The notes under the pieces were generated by a model. The model was given only the letters and a program-made list of their open reading frames with translations. It was not told the DNA's origin and did no database searches. From Spirochaetia bacterium (lineage in GTDB: Bacteria > Spirochaetota > Spirochaetia > SZUA-6 > Bin103): a DNA stretch of 64,000 bases. Where the stretch lies: contig CBDBDQ010000005.1 in assembly GCA_965203905.1 (NCBI GenBank), forward strand, positions 3,296,001-3,360,000, read 5' to 3'. Shown here piece after piece: positions 48,331-58,720 of this stretch. A program made the translations under genes and the position numbers. How positions within the stretch are numbered: the first letter of the stretch is position 1; each line of letters begins with the position of its first letter.

Positions 48331-49857
48331 ATGTGCATGGCCACCCCCTTCTTCAGCGCCGCCATCGGCCACGAGACCAACACCTTCGCCGTCACGCCGA
48401 CGCGGCTGGCGGACTTCGACTTCGCCGGAGCGCCGGCGCCGGACGCCTCGCCGGAGCGGATCCGGCGCCGCTTCCAAGGCACCCGCACCGTGCACGGCGG
48501 CTATCTGGCAGCCGCAGCCGAGCTGGGCTTCGAGCTGGAGCCGCTGCTGTGGGCATTCGCCACGCCCGCGGGGGTGGTGGAGCGCGGCGCCTACGAAGAG
48601 CTCGCCGATGTGCTGCTGGAACGACTCGCCCGGCGCCGCCGTGAGGCCGGCTGCCGCGGCGTGCTGCTGGACCTGCACGGCGCCATGGTGAGCGAGCACC
48701 TGGAGGACGTCGAGGGCGACCTGATCGAGCGCACGCGGGCGGTGGTAGGGACCGATACGCCAGTCGTGGTGACCCTGGACCTGCACGCCAATGTGACCGC
48801 GCGCATGGCCGCCCACGCCGACGCCATCATCGGCTTCGAGGAGTATCCCCACGTGGATGCCTTCGAGCGCGGGGTGCAGGCGGGACGGCTGATCCACTCC
48901 GCGGCGGCGGGCGCGGTGCGCCCGCGGCTGGCGTACGTGCAGCTGCCGCTCGTGACCATGCCGCCGCGGCAGTGCACGCTGATAGCGCCAGCTCGGTCCC
49001 TGATGCGGCGGGCGCAGGCGATGGAGCGGGATCCGGCAGTGCTGGACGCCTCCATCGCCTACGGTTTCCCGTTCGCCGACATCCGCGACGCCGGCACCTC
49101 GGTGCTGGTCACCGCCAACGGCTCGGCGGATCTGGCCGCGGCGCGCGCGGAGGAGCTCGCCCGCGCCGTGTGGCGCCGGCGTCGCGCCTTCGACGTGACC
49201 CTGACACCGGTAGCGGAGGCGATCCGCTACGCGCGCGAGGAAGCGGCCGGGCTGGTGGTGCTGGCCGACGGCTCCGACAACCCGGGCGGAGGCGGCCCGT
49301 GCGACGGCACGGTGGTGCTGCGCGAGCTGCTTGCGGCCGGAATGGAGGACGCGGTGGTGGCGGTGATCGCAGATCCGGAGGTGGTGGCGGCCGCCGCGGT
49401 GGCCGGAGTGGGGGCCACGATCGAGGTGCGCCTCGGCGGCAAGACCGACCGCCGCCACGGCGACCCGGTGGCGCTGCGGGCGGCGGTACGGCTGCTGTCG
49501 GACGGCCGCTTCGTGACCCGCAGCCGCATGGGTGCGGGCGGCGTGACCGAGATGGGCCGCACCGCGGTGCTGCAGTGCGGCGGCGTCCGGGTGGTGGTGA
49601 CCGAGCGCCGGGTGCAGCCGCTCGACGCGGAGCTGCTGCGCAGCGTCGGCATCGAGCCGCGGGCGCAGCGGCTGGTGGCGCTCAAGTCGGCGGTGCACTT
49701 CCGCAGCACGTACCAGCAGATCGCCGAGCGCATCTTCGACCTCGACACGCCGGGCGTGCACCGCCCCGACTTCGCCGCCTACCGGTACCGCCGCCTGCGC
49801 CCGGGCCTGTACCCGCTCGACCGGGACGCCCGCTTCCCGCCGCCCGGTCGCGGCTGA
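48331..49857 (+). CDS. M81-family metallopeptidase (MlrC-like)
   Basis: 'HETNTF', 'LDLHGAM', 'TLDLHAN', 'YPHVD', 'DNPGGG', 'LKSAVHFR'. Confidence 0.9.
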   Translation: MCMATPFFSAAIGHETNTFAVTPTRLADFDFAGAPAPDASPERIRRRFQGTRTVHGGYLAAAAELGFELEPLLWAFATPAGVVERGAYEELADVLLERLARRRREAGCRGVLLDLHGAMVSEHLEDVEGDLIERTRAVVGTDTPVVVTLDLHANVTARMAAHADAIIGFEEYPHVDAFERGVQAGRLIHSAAAGAVRPRLAYVQLPLVTMPPRQCTLIAPARSLMRRAQAMERDPAVLDASIAYGFPFADIRDAGTSVLVTANGSADLAAARAEELARAVWRRRRAFDVTLTPVAEAIRYAREEAAGLVVLADGSDNPGGGGPCDGTVVLRELLAAGMEDAVVAVIADPEVVAAAAVAGVGATIEVRLGGKTDRRHGDPVALRAAVRLLSDGRFVTRSRMGAGGVTEMGRTAVLQCGGVRVVVTERRVQPLDAELLRSVGIEPRAQRLVALKSAVHFRSTYQQIAERIFDLDTPGVHRPDFAAYRYRRLRPGLYPLDRDARFPPPGRG

Positions 49858-50056
49858 CTCAGGAGGTCGCCAACGACCGCCTGCAGCCGGGCCTCGGAGT
49901 CGCCCGGTCCGAGTTCGTTCTTCTGTACGGCATGGCGGATCCGCAGACCGCGGCGCAGGCGCGAGAGCGCAGCTTGGCGACCGCGCTTCGCCTCGGGAGG
50001 AATTTCCTCACGGCCGCGGGACAGCGCTAGTGGCCGGCGCGGGATCCACTGAGCGG

Positions 50057-50977
50057 CTATGACGGCCCGAAGTGCTCGCCCCAGTGTGCGGCGAGGCCGT
50101 GTCCCTCATGTTCCAGCGCCTGCCGTTCGGCAGACGTGAGGGGGCGCGTACGCCGTGCCCAGCGGACGTTCTGCTCCACCTCGGCCAGGTCGAACATGCC
50201 GATCACCGCGATCGCGACTCCGTCCTGATCCAGCGCCCAGCGCAGCGCGCGCTCGTGATCGACCGGTCCCAGCTCGCTGAGGGCCGCCGGTGTCGGGGCG
50301 GCGTAGCGCATCCCGGTGGCGCCGCCGTATACCTTCATCGCCGCTACCCCCACATCGCGGCGGCGCGCTTCCGGCAGCACCAGGCGCTCGAAGCCATAGG
50401 TATGCTGGTCGCCGTAGTTGACGGCGACCATGATCACGTCCACCTCGCACTCGCGCAGCACGCGCGCGGAGTTCCGCGGACGGTTGTGCGAGGTGAAGCC
50501 GACGAACCGCGTCATGCCGGCACGCTGCGCCTGCCGCAGCCCCGCGAGCGCGCCATCGGCGGCCAACACCCGGTCGACGTCGCGACCGCCGAGGCTGTGC
50601 ACATAGGCGATGTCGACGTGATCGGTGCCGAGGACCTCCAGCGATTCGCTCAGCGAGGCGAGCGCCTCCGCCGCGCCGTCAACCGGTACCTTGGTTGCCA
50701 CGATCACCTCGTCGCGACGTTCTGCCAGCACGGAACGCAGTTGCCGCTGGGCCCGTTCGTAGGCGGGTGCGGTGTCGAGGTAGGTGACGCCCCGATCAAT
50801 GGCGTGATGCAAGAGCTCGATGGCGTCCCGGTCGCTGAGCCCCGACCCGCCGGGAGCGGTGCCGTAGCCGACCAGCGGTACGCGGAGTTCGGTCTTGCCC
50901 AACCGGCGAGTCGGCAGCGGAGTGGTGGTAGCAGCCCGCGGAAGCTGCGCTACCGCGGCACTGTGCAGTCCGATCAT
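50057..50977 (-). CDS. Aldo/keto reductase
   Basis: 'RRLGKT', 'YLDTAPAY', 'VATK', 'DIAYVH', 'AMKVYGG'. Confidence 0.9.
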   Translation of the reverse strand: MIGLHSAAVAQLPRAATTTPLPTRRLGKTELRVPLVGYGTAPGGSGLSDRDAIELLHHAIDRGVTYLDTAPAYERAQRQLRSVLAERRDEVIVATKVPVDGAAEALASLSESLEVLGTDHVDIAYVHSLGGRDVDRVLAADGALAGLRQAQRAGMTRFVGFTSHNRPRNSARVLRECEVDVIMVAVNYGDQHTYGFERLVLPEARRRDVGVAAMKVYGGATGMRYAAPTPAALSELGPVDHERALRWALDQDGVAIAVIGMFDLAEVEQNVRWARRTRPLTSAERQALEHEGHGLAAHWGEHFGPS

Positions 50978-51135
50978 GCCTGCGATTGTACCTCCACGGC
51001 CCACGGTGAGCCATGGTGCGCGTACCAGTCTCTCCGTGAGTCGGCTGCTGGCCTGTGCTCGGACCTCGGCGCGCGTTGAGCGAGGGGCGGCCCGTGGGCT
51101 GGCCGCCGGCCGGGGTATCATCCATACTGTCGCGC

Positions 51136-51990
51136 ATGAGTGACATCGGGGTGCTGGTGTGGGACGAGCGCCAGCCGCGCCAGCAGGAGGCGTACGACAA
51201 TTTTCTTGGTGACGCCATCGCCGCCCACCTGCGCCCGCAGGACGGCCTCGCGGTGCGGTCGGCCGGGCTGGACGATCCCGACCAGGGTCTCTCCGACCCT
51301 GCTCTCGATGCCAGCCAGGTGCTGGTCTGGTGGGGCCACGTGCGGCATCGCGAGGTGCCCGTGGAGACCGGCAGGAGGATCCTCGACCGGATCATCGCCG
51401 GTCGTCTGTCGCTCATCGTGCTGCACTCGGCGCACTGGGCCACCCCGTTCATCGAGGCCATGGACCATCGCACCCGCGAAGAAGCGCGGCGGCTGTTTCC
51501 GGACGACGCCGACCAGCGGGTGGAACTGGAGTTCGTGCCCCCCGAGAACCGCTACCAGGCTCCCGCCGCGGACGCCGTGGCCACCCCTTCCTACCACGTG
51601 CGCAAGTTTCCCGACGGCGTGACCCGCGTTCGCGTCACGCTTCCGATCTGCTGCTTCCCGGCGTGGCGCGCCGACGGCCAGCCGAGCTTCTCGCGCACCC
51701 TGCTGCCCGAACACCCGATCGTGCAGGGTATCCCCGTGGAGTTCTCGCTCCCGCAGTCCGAGATGTACGACGAACCGCTCCACGTCCCCGCCCCGGACGA
51801 GGTGATCTTCGAGGACCGCTGGCCCACCGGCGAGTGGTTCCGCAGCGGCATGGTGTGGCGGATCGGGCGCGGCAGGGTGTTCTACTTCCGTCCCGGCCAC
51901 GAGACCTATCCGATCTACCGGCAGCCGATCCCGCTGCAGGTCATCGGCAACGCGGTGCGTTGGCTCGCCGCCGAGACCGGCTCGGGGTAG
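51136..51990 (+). CDS. ThuA-like (trehalose utilisation) domain protein
   Basis: 'VLVWDE', 'VLVWWGH', 'LHSAH', 'EMYDEP', 'FYFRPGHETYP'. Confidence 0.88.
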   Translation: MSDIGVLVWDERQPRQQEAYDNFLGDAIAAHLRPQDGLAVRSAGLDDPDQGLSDPALDASQVLVWWGHVRHREVPVETGRRILDRIIAGRLSLIVLHSAHWATPFIEAMDHRTREEARRLFPDDADQRVELEFVPPENRYQAPAADAVATPSYHVRKFPDGVTRVRVTLPICCFPAWRADGQPSFSRTLLPEHPIVQGIPVEFSLPQSEMYDEPLHVPAPDEVIFEDRWPTGEWFRSGMVWRIGRGRVFYFRPGHETYPIYRQPIPLQVIGNAVRWLAAETGSG

Positions 51991-52228
51991 CTCTTGCGGG
52001 CGGCGCCCGCCTGCCCGCCTGGTCACTCCTTGACAAAGGCGGTGATTTGCTCTAGACAGGGTTCTTGCTCGCGCCTTTCGGGGTGCACTCCATGATAAAG
52101 AACAAGGGGGGACGAAATCGGTATAGCTTGCCCGGTTTAACGCAGGGCGGACTCCGTTCCCGCATTGACGTGAGTCCGCATTCGATCCGAACCAACCAAA
52201 CAAACAACATACACACAAGGAGATTTAA

Positions 52229-53935
52229 TTGTCTGTAAGACCAAAGAGTCTGTTGGTATGTTCTCTGCTGGCCGCTTTTGCGCTGGCTCTTTTCGTCGAG
52301 CCGATTCTGGCTCAGAACATGCCTCGGGAAGACACTCTGATCGTGAGAGCCGGCAACAAGTTTGCCGCGCCCGAGCTCTATAACCCGTATCTCGCCGGAC
52401 ACCAGGGCCACACTGGAAACTGGTGGATGGCAGAGAATCTGTTCTACATGAACCTCTACCAGGGCAAGATCGTGCCGTGGCTGGGGACCGAGTTCGAATA
52501 CGGCCCCAACCACGAAACCATTACGATCAAGCTGCGCGAGGGAGTCAAGTGGAACGACGGCGAAGAATTCAACGCCGACGACGTGGTCTTCACCTACAAC
52601 ATGCTGAAGGAAAACGCACCCACGTTGCGCTGGTCGGTGTGGGTTAGGGAATGGATGACCGAGGTCCGGGCAGAAGATTCCCATACCGTCTTCATCAGGC
52701 TCAAGGAGCCCCATACCAGGGCTCACTACAGCTTTCTGATCGGACTCTGGGTGCCGCCCATCGTGCCCGAGCATATCTGGTCCGAGGTAGATCCTACCAC
52801 CTTCAAGAATTTCCCCAACCCGGTGTGGACCGGCCCGTATCGGCTGCTGGATTCGAGCGCTGAGGCAGTTTCCTGGGAGCGTCGCGACGATTACTGGGCC
52901 GAGGACGTGATGGGAGAATCGCCGGGCGCGAAGTTCGTCCTCGTCACCGGGCCGGGGCCCGCCGAGAAGATGATGATCGAGCAGATCGAGCACCGCATGG
53001 ACGTCTGGTCGGGTTTCACCAAGTCGCAGTACGAGACGGTAGTCCGCCGCAATGAGAACGTCGACCTGTGGGTGGCCCTCGATCCTTGCACCAGGGCGCT
53101 GTGGTTCAACATCCAGCGGCCGCCGCTGGACCAGCGTGAAGTGCGGTGGGCGATTTCCTACGCGATCAACAAGAACAAGCTGAACTTCGCTGCCTTCGAG
53201 GGTGCCACGGAGACTACCAAGTTGCCCTATCCGTACTACGGCACCATCACTCCTTACCTCGAAGAGTGGAAGGATATTCTTGAGAAGTACGACACTGAGT
53301 TGTACGACCCGAAGAAGGCGGTGGAAATCCTGGAAGGTCTGGACTTCGAGAAGGGCCGGGACGGTATCTACGTTACCGCGGATGGAACCCGTCTGTCCTG
53401 GGTCATCATATCGCCGCCGTGGTCCGGTCACCGTGAGATGGCGCAGAGCATCAGTGAGGATCTCAAGGCGATCGGCATCGATGCGTCGTGGAAGGTTCTG
53501 GAAGCTGCCCCACATGGTGAAGCCTGGAGACGCAACGATTATGATATGAACGTAGCGTGGGCTTGTGCGGAGGGTCTGGGTCACGCCTGGGATCCGTACG
53601 CATGGCTGGAGGGATTCCATAGCCGGTATGCGATGCCGGAAGGCGAATCGGCCGACCAGAACCGGATTCGGTACTCGGATCCCGAGTACGACCGGCTTCT
53701 GGACGAACTCACCGGGCTGCTGCCGGACGATCCTCGCGCCCAGGAGGTTCTCAAGCAGGCCCAGGAGATCTACCTGCGGGACCTGCCGGTCATCGGCACC
53801 CTGCAAACCGTGTTTTCCAATACCTTCGACACCCTGTACTGGAAGGGCTTCCCGAGTGCGCAGGATCCCTACATGACGCCGAACCACTGGTGGCCTCATT
53901 TCCTCTTCACTCTGCTGAACGTCGAGCCGCAATAG
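52229..53935 (+). CDS. ABC importer substrate-binding protein, family 5 (Dpp/Opp-like; possibly oligosaccharide)
   Basis: Signal peptide; 'LREGVKWNDGEEFNADDVVFT', 'TGPY', 'VRWAISYAIN'. Confidence 0.92.
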   Translation: MSVRPKSLLVCSLLAAFALALFVEPILAQNMPREDTLIVRAGNKFAAPELYNPYLAGHQGHTGNWWMAENLFYMNLYQGKIVPWLGTEFEYGPNHETITIKLREGVKWNDGEEFNADDVVFTYNMLKENAPTLRWSVWVREWMTEVRAEDSHTVFIRLKEPHTRAHYSFLIGLWVPPIVPEHIWSEVDPTTFKNFPNPVWTGPYRLLDSSAEAVSWERRDDYWAEDVMGESPGAKFVLVTGPGPAEKMMIEQIEHRMDVWSGFTKSQYETVVRRNENVDLWVALDPCTRALWFNIQRPPLDQREVRWAISYAINKNKLNFAAFEGATETTKLPYPYYGTITPYLEEWKDILEKYDTELYDPKKAVEILEGLDFEKGRDGIYVTADGTRLSWVIISPPWSGHREMAQSISEDLKAIGIDASWKVLEAAPHGEAWRRNDYDMNVAWACAEGLGHAWDPYAWLEGFHSRYAMPEGESADQNRIRYSDPEYDRLLDELTGLLPDDPRAQEVLKQAQEIYLRDLPVIGTLQTVFSNTFDTLYWKGFPSAQDPYMTPNHWWPHFLFTLLNVEPQ

Positions 53936-53965
53936 CTCGCTCAGTTCGCAAGGTACATTCTATTC

Positions 53966-54008
53966 ATTCCTCCTCTCCCACCGGGCTATCCTTTGGGAGA
54001 GGGGGAAT
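53966..54008 (+). promoter_or_regulatory. 15-bp intercistronic stem-loop after the binding-protein gene
   Basis: ATTCCTCCTCTCCCA...TGGGAGAGGGGGAAT with one G-U pair. Confidence 0.55.
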
Positions 54009-54032
54009 CCCGGCTACGCGAAAGGAGCAATA

Positions 54033-55040
54033 ATGCACGCTATTGCTGTATATATAGGGAGGAGGTTGATAGCGTATCTATTAACGATATTTGTCGCGAT
54101 AAGCGCGAACTTCTTCATTCCCCGACTGATTCCCGGAGACCCCATATCCGCTCTCATCGACCAGATGGCGCAACACGGCCAAGTAGTCTCCGGAGGGGCC
54201 GAAATCGTCGCGGCGTACAAAGAGCAGTTTGGCTTGAACGGAACGTGGCTTGAACAATATGGACGCTACCTTTGGAGTCTGTTACAGGGAGATCTGGGGC
54301 CATCGATCATGGCGTTTCCCACGACCGTGCAAGAACTGCTGGTTACCGCTCTGCCGTGGACCATGGGACTCCTCCTGGTTGCCACCGTAATCAGTTGGAT
54401 TCTGGGCAATCTCCTTGGCGCGATCGTCGGCTGGCGCCGGGAGTCGAAGGCAAACTCGGTGATTGTCGTGTTGAGTCTCGGGCTTAATCAGATCCCCTAC
54501 TACTTCGTAGCCTTGCTCCTGGTATTCTTTTTCTCTTATAATCTGTCGGTCTTTCCATCCTCCGGCGGGTTCACCCTGATTGGCGGGACTCCCGAAGGCA
54601 TCCGGCTGGTGTGGGATATCATTTACCACGCGACTCTGCCTGCGTTGTCGATCGTGATTTCTTCAGTGGGTTTTTGGGTGATCACCATGAGGTCGATGAT
54701 ATTGACCACCTTGGGCGAAGACTACATTCTGCTGGCCGAGGCAAAGGGGCTGACAAGACAGGTCATTCTGATGAAGTACGCGCTCAGAAACGCCCTTCTG
54801 CCACAGGTTGCGGCGTTCGGGATAGTGCTCGGGTTTGCCATGAACGGCTCCATTCTGACGGAAACGATCTTCAATTACCCAGGCCTTGGTGCGCTGCTGA
54901 TATCGGCGATCGGAAACCTCGATTACAACCTCTTGCAGGGTATCCTGTTGTTGACGATCTTCTCCGTTCTGACCGCTAACCTGGTGCTCGAGATTCTCTA
55001 TCCGATTATCGATCCGCGCATCAGTCATGGAGGCGATTGA
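54033..55040 (+). CDS. ABC permease (DppB/OppB-like)
   Basis: 'PGDP', 'GDLGPS', EAA-like 'EDYILLAEAKGL', 'IDPRI'. Confidence 0.92.
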   Translation: MHAIAVYIGRRLIAYLLTIFVAISANFFIPRLIPGDPISALIDQMAQHGQVVSGGAEIVAAYKEQFGLNGTWLEQYGRYLWSLLQGDLGPSIMAFPTTVQELLVTALPWTMGLLLVATVISWILGNLLGAIVGWRRESKANSVIVVLSLGLNQIPYYFVALLLVFFFSYNLSVFPSSGGFTLIGGTPEGIRLVWDIIYHATLPALSIVISSVGFWVITMRSMILTTLGEDYILLAEAKGLTRQVILMKYALRNALLPQVAAFGIVLGFAMNGSILTETIFNYPGLGALLISAIGNLDYNLLQGILLLTIFSVLTANLVLEILYPIIDPRISHGGD

Positions 55041-55924
55041 TCGAGATGGTTGCCATCGCTGCTTCCTTCAAGGACACCATCAACTTTCTGTTTCGCAGGA
55101 ACTCGAAGCTCACGGCCGGTTTCAGCATCATCTTCGCGCTGGTGCTGGTGGCCGCGCTGGCCGATGTCCTGGCGCCCTACGATGTGGCGTCGATCGGACT
55201 GCATCCACCCGACCTGCCGCCCTCGTTCAGCAATCTGCTGGGCACGGAAACCCTGGGGCGGGACGTGTTCGACCAGTTGGTGCACGCCGTACGGCAGTCG
55301 CTGATCATCGGATTCTTCACCGGCCTGGTCGGGCTGGTGGTGGGCCTGACGGTGGGGGTGTTCAGTGGCTATCGGGGCGGGCTGGTGGACGATTCCCTGC
55401 GCAGCATCACCGATGTGTTCCTGGTAATTCCGACGATTCCCTTGCTCGTGGTGCTCTCCTCCTACGTGAGGTTTCTAACGATCCCCGCCCTGGTGTTGAT
55501 CCTCGCGGTGTTCGCCTGGCCGTTCCCGGCGCGCACCTTCAGGTCGCAGGTCCTGAGTCTGAGGAAGCGGGAGTTCATCAACCTGGCCAAGCTTTCCGGG
55601 ATGAGCGACATCAAGATCGTGTTTCGCGAGATCCTGCCCAACATGCTGCCGTACGTGGGAACGACTTTCGCCAACGCGGTTTCCGGGGCGATCCTGGCGG
55701 AGGTATTCCTGGAGATTCTGGGGCTGGGGCCGCAGAACACCACCACGCTGGGCGTCATGGTGTACTGGGCGATGTGGCGCGGGGCCCTGATCCGCGGCAT
55801 ACTCTGGTGGGTGTTGCCGCCGATGATCGTCCTGGTGCTGATCTTCATCGGCCTCCAGTTGATAAATATCGGTCTCGATGAGGTTTACAACCCCCGAGTT
55901 CGGAAGGGGGGAACGCCGGCATGA
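55037..55924 (+). CDS. ABC permease (DppC/OppC-like)
   Basis: 'LGTETLGRDV', 'REFINLAKLSG', 'ILPN'. Confidence 0.92.
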   Translation: MIEMVAIAASFKDTINFLFRRNSKLTAGFSIIFALVLVAALADVLAPYDVASIGLHPPDLPPSFSNLLGTETLGRDVFDQLVHAVRQSLIIGFFTGLVGLVVGLTVGVFSGYRGGLVDDSLRSITDVFLVIPTIPLLVVLSSYVRFLTIPALVLILAVFAWPFPARTFRSQVLSLRKREFINLAKLSGMSDIKIVFREILPNMLPYVGTTFANAVSGAILAEVFLEILGLGPQNTTTLGVMVYWAMWRGALIRGILWWVLPPMIVLVLIFIGLQLINIGLDEVYNPRVRKGGTPA

Positions 55925-56880
55925 GCGAACATGCGCTCAAGGTCGAGGACCTCAAGGTGTACTACTGGACGGCTCGCGGACCGATAAAAGCGGTGGACGG
56001 GATCGACCTGGAGGTCAGGAAAGGCGAGCGCTTCGGCATCGTGGGCGAGTCGGGCTGCGGCAAGTCGACGACGGCGATGTCGCTGCTGCGGCTGATCAAG
56101 CCGCCCGGTTCGATCGAGAACGGACGCATCGTCCTGGACGGCGCCGACATCCTGGAGCTGAATGACGAGGAGATGAGATCCGTGCGCTGGAGCCGGATCT
56201 CGTTGATTCCCCAGGGCTCGATGAACTCGCTGAACCCGGTGATCAAGATCGGCAGTCAGATCGCGGACGCGGTCGTTGCCCACGAGGGCTCCGGGGGACG
56301 CGCCGAGGCAAAGGCCAGGATCATCGAGCTCTTGGGCATGGTCGGCCTGCCGGCGCGGGTCTACGGCATGTACCCCCATGAGCTGTCGGGTGGCATGAAG
56401 CAGCGCGTCTGCATCGCCATGGCGATCGTGCTCCAGCCGCAGGTGATCATCGCCGACGAGCCCACCAGCGCTCTCGACGTCGTGGTGCAGCGCGTGGTCA
56501 CCCAGACCCTCATCAAGGTGCAGGAGCGCCTGGGTGCAGCGCTGATCATCATCGGGCACGATATGGGGCTGCTGGCGCAGCTCGTGGACCGCCTGGCCGT
56601 CATGTATGCCGGCAAGGTCGCCGAGGTAAGTCCGGCCGAGGACATCTACAAGGATCCCCTCCATCCCTATACCCAGCTCCTCATCGGCTCGATACCGTCG
56701 GTCAAGGAGAAGAAGAGACTGGAGGGGATACCGGGCCTTCCGCCCGCCCTGCTGGAGCCCCCTTCGGGGTGCATCTTTCATCCGCGTTGCCCGCACGCGA
56801 CGGAGCAATGCAGCAGGGAAGTGCCGGAGTACCGCGAGGTCAGGCCGGGCCGCATGGTGGCCTGTCACCTGTTCAATTGA
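55921..56880 (+). CDS. ABC ATPase (DppD/OppD-like)
   Basis: 'GESGCGKS', 'YPHELSGGMKQR', 'IADEPT', C-terminal Cys cluster. Confidence 0.93.
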   Translation: MSEHALKVEDLKVYYWTARGPIKAVDGIDLEVRKGERFGIVGESGCGKSTTAMSLLRLIKPPGSIENGRIVLDGADILELNDEEMRSVRWSRISLIPQGSMNSLNPVIKIGSQIADAVVAHEGSGGRAEAKARIIELLGMVGLPARVYGMYPHELSGGMKQRVCIAMAIVLQPQVIIADEPTSALDVVVQRVVTQTLIKVQERLGAALIIIGHDMGLLAQLVDRLAVMYAGKVAEVSPAEDIYKDPLHPYTQLLIGSIPSVKEKKRLEGIPGLPPALLEPPSGCIFHPRCPHATEQCSREVPEYREVRPGRMVACHLFN

Positions 56881-56884
56881 TGAT

Positions 56885-57859
56885 ATGCAGAACCGATTGC
56901 TCGAAGTAAAGAACCTGACCAAGGTGTTCGGCCACGGCATCGGGCGCGGCCACGAAACCATCGCGCTGCAGGACTTCTCGCTCACCCTGTACGACGACCA
57001 GCCGAAGATAACGGCGATCGCCGGCGAGTCGGGCAGCGGCAAGACCACGCTCGCCCGGCTGATCCTCGACTTCATCAAGCCGACCTCGGGGGAGATCCTC
57101 TGGCGCGGCCGCAACCTCCACAAGATGTCGAAAAAGGAGCTGATGTCGTACCGCCACGAGTGCCAGGCCGTGTTCCAGGATCCGTACGCCGCGTTCAACC
57201 CGTTCTACCGGGTCGATCACATATTCCACATGGCGATAACCGAGTTCAGGCTGGCGCGCAGCAAGGCCGAAGCTGGCCGGATCGTGGATGATGCACTCGA
57301 AGTGGTAGGCTTGAGCCCGCAGGAAATCCTGGGAAAATACCCGCACCAGCTCTCCGGCGGGCAGAGACAGCGGCTCATCGTTGCGCGGGCCTTCCTGCTC
57401 AAGCCGCGGCTGATCGTGGCCGACGAGCCGGTGTCGATGATCGATGCCTCACTGCGAGCCATGATCCTCGACATCATGCTCAAGCTGAAGGACGAGTTCG
57501 GGATCAGCTTTCTCTACATTACCCACGATCTCTCCACCGCCTACCAGATCAGCGACCGGATCTTCATCCTGTATGAGGGATCGGTCTCCGAGACCGGCGA
57601 TGCCACCGGGGTGATCAGCAACCCGCAGCACCCCTACACCCAGCTTCTCATCGGCTCGGTCCCCACCCCCGACCCCACCCGCAAGTGGGAGGAGGACATC
57701 GAGGTGTCGGCGGACGAAGAGTTGGGCAAGGGGGACAAGGCGGGGTGCAGGTTCTACCGCCGCTGTCCCCATGCGATGGAGGAGTGTCACCGGAGCCGGC
57801 CGCAGCTCTACGAAGTCGGAGAAGACGGCCACTACGCCTCGTGCTACCTGTACAAGTAG
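56885..57859 (+). CDS. ABC ATPase (DppF/OppF-like)
   Basis: 'GESGSGKT', 'YPHQLSGGQRQR', 'VADEPVS', 'HPYT'. Confidence 0.93.
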   Translation: MQNRLLEVKNLTKVFGHGIGRGHETIALQDFSLTLYDDQPKITAIAGESGSGKTTLARLILDFIKPTSGEILWRGRNLHKMSKKELMSYRHECQAVFQDPYAAFNPFYRVDHIFHMAITEFRLARSKAEAGRIVDDALEVVGLSPQEILGKYPHQLSGGQRQRLIVARAFLLKPRLIVADEPVSMIDASLRAMILDIMLKLKDEFGISFLYITHDLSTAYQISDRIFILYEGSVSETGDATGVISNPQHPYTQLLIGSVPTPDPTRKWEEDIEVSADEELGKGDKAGCRFYRRCPHAMEECHRSRPQLYEVGEDGHYASCYLYK

Positions 57860-57861
57860 GG

Positions 57862-58671
57862 TCAGAAGATCTGGCTGATCGGCCGACCTTCCCAGTCCTC
57901 CGCCAACGGTAGTTCCAGTACCCGGGCCAGCGTCGGCGCGGTGTCGAAGATGCGTACCGGGCCGCTGATCTCACCCGGGTGGCCGATGTTCGGACCGGCC
58001 GCGATCCACGGAATCGTCAGGTCTTCCGGCAGGTCGGTGCCGTGGGTCTTGCCGTGGCCGCCGTGGTCGCTCTGGACCAGGATGAAGTAGCGGTCCAGGA
58101 GGTCCGCCGCGTCGAGTTGCTGCAGCAGGATTCCGATCGCCCGATCGGCGATCCCGATCTGTTGGATGTACTCCGTGGACATCCAACCGTGGCGATGGCC
58201 GGCGATGTCCACCACGCCCAGGTAGACGAAGCAGAAATCGGGTTGCTCGGCGGTCAGGTGCCGGGCCGCAACCCGAGCTATGGCCAGGTCTCCCTCCGGG
58301 TCTTCGCAGTTGGCCGTGAAGTAGGAGAAATCGAGAGAACCGGGCGCTGCCAGATCGCGCAACTGCTCCCAGTTGTAGATGAACGCCGTTTTACGGTTCA
58401 TCGCGTGGGCAGTCTCGACGATGCTCGGCACCGGGCGCACCATGGGCACCCAGGTGTTGGTGGTGATGCCGTGGCGCTCCGGCGTCACGCCGCGAAACAT
58501 CGAGGTGTGGCAGGGCAGGGTGGAGGATGGAACCACGCTCTGCGCCGCGAAGGTGTAAGCTCCACGGGCGATCAGGGTATCGATGTTGGGGGTGGCCGCC
58601 TGTTGGATACCGTCCGGACGGCAGCCGTCGATGACCACGAGAATCGCGCCGCAGCCGGGTGAATCGTGCAT
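57862..58671 (-). CDS. Alkaline phosphatase superfamily (NPP-type) protein
   Basis: 'IDGCRPD', 'STLPCHTSM', 'DIAGH', 'SDHGG', 'THG'. Confidence 0.88.
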   Translation of the reverse strand: MHDSPGCGAILVVIDGCRPDGIQQAATPNIDTLIARGAYTFAAQSVVPSSTLPCHTSMFRGVTPERHGITTNTWVPMVRPVPSIVETAHAMNRKTAFIYNWEQLRDLAAPGSLDFSYFTANCEDPEGDLAIARVAARHLTAEQPDFCFVYLGVVDIAGHRHGWMSTEYIQQIGIADRAIGILLQQLDAADLLDRYFILVQSDHGGHGKTHGTDLPEDLTIPWIAAGPNIGHPGEISGPVRIFDTAPTLARVLELPLAEDWEGRPISQIF

Positions 58672-58720
58672 CGTATAACTTTATCATAGCACGGTACCGA
58701 AGATCCTGGTGGAGGGAACG

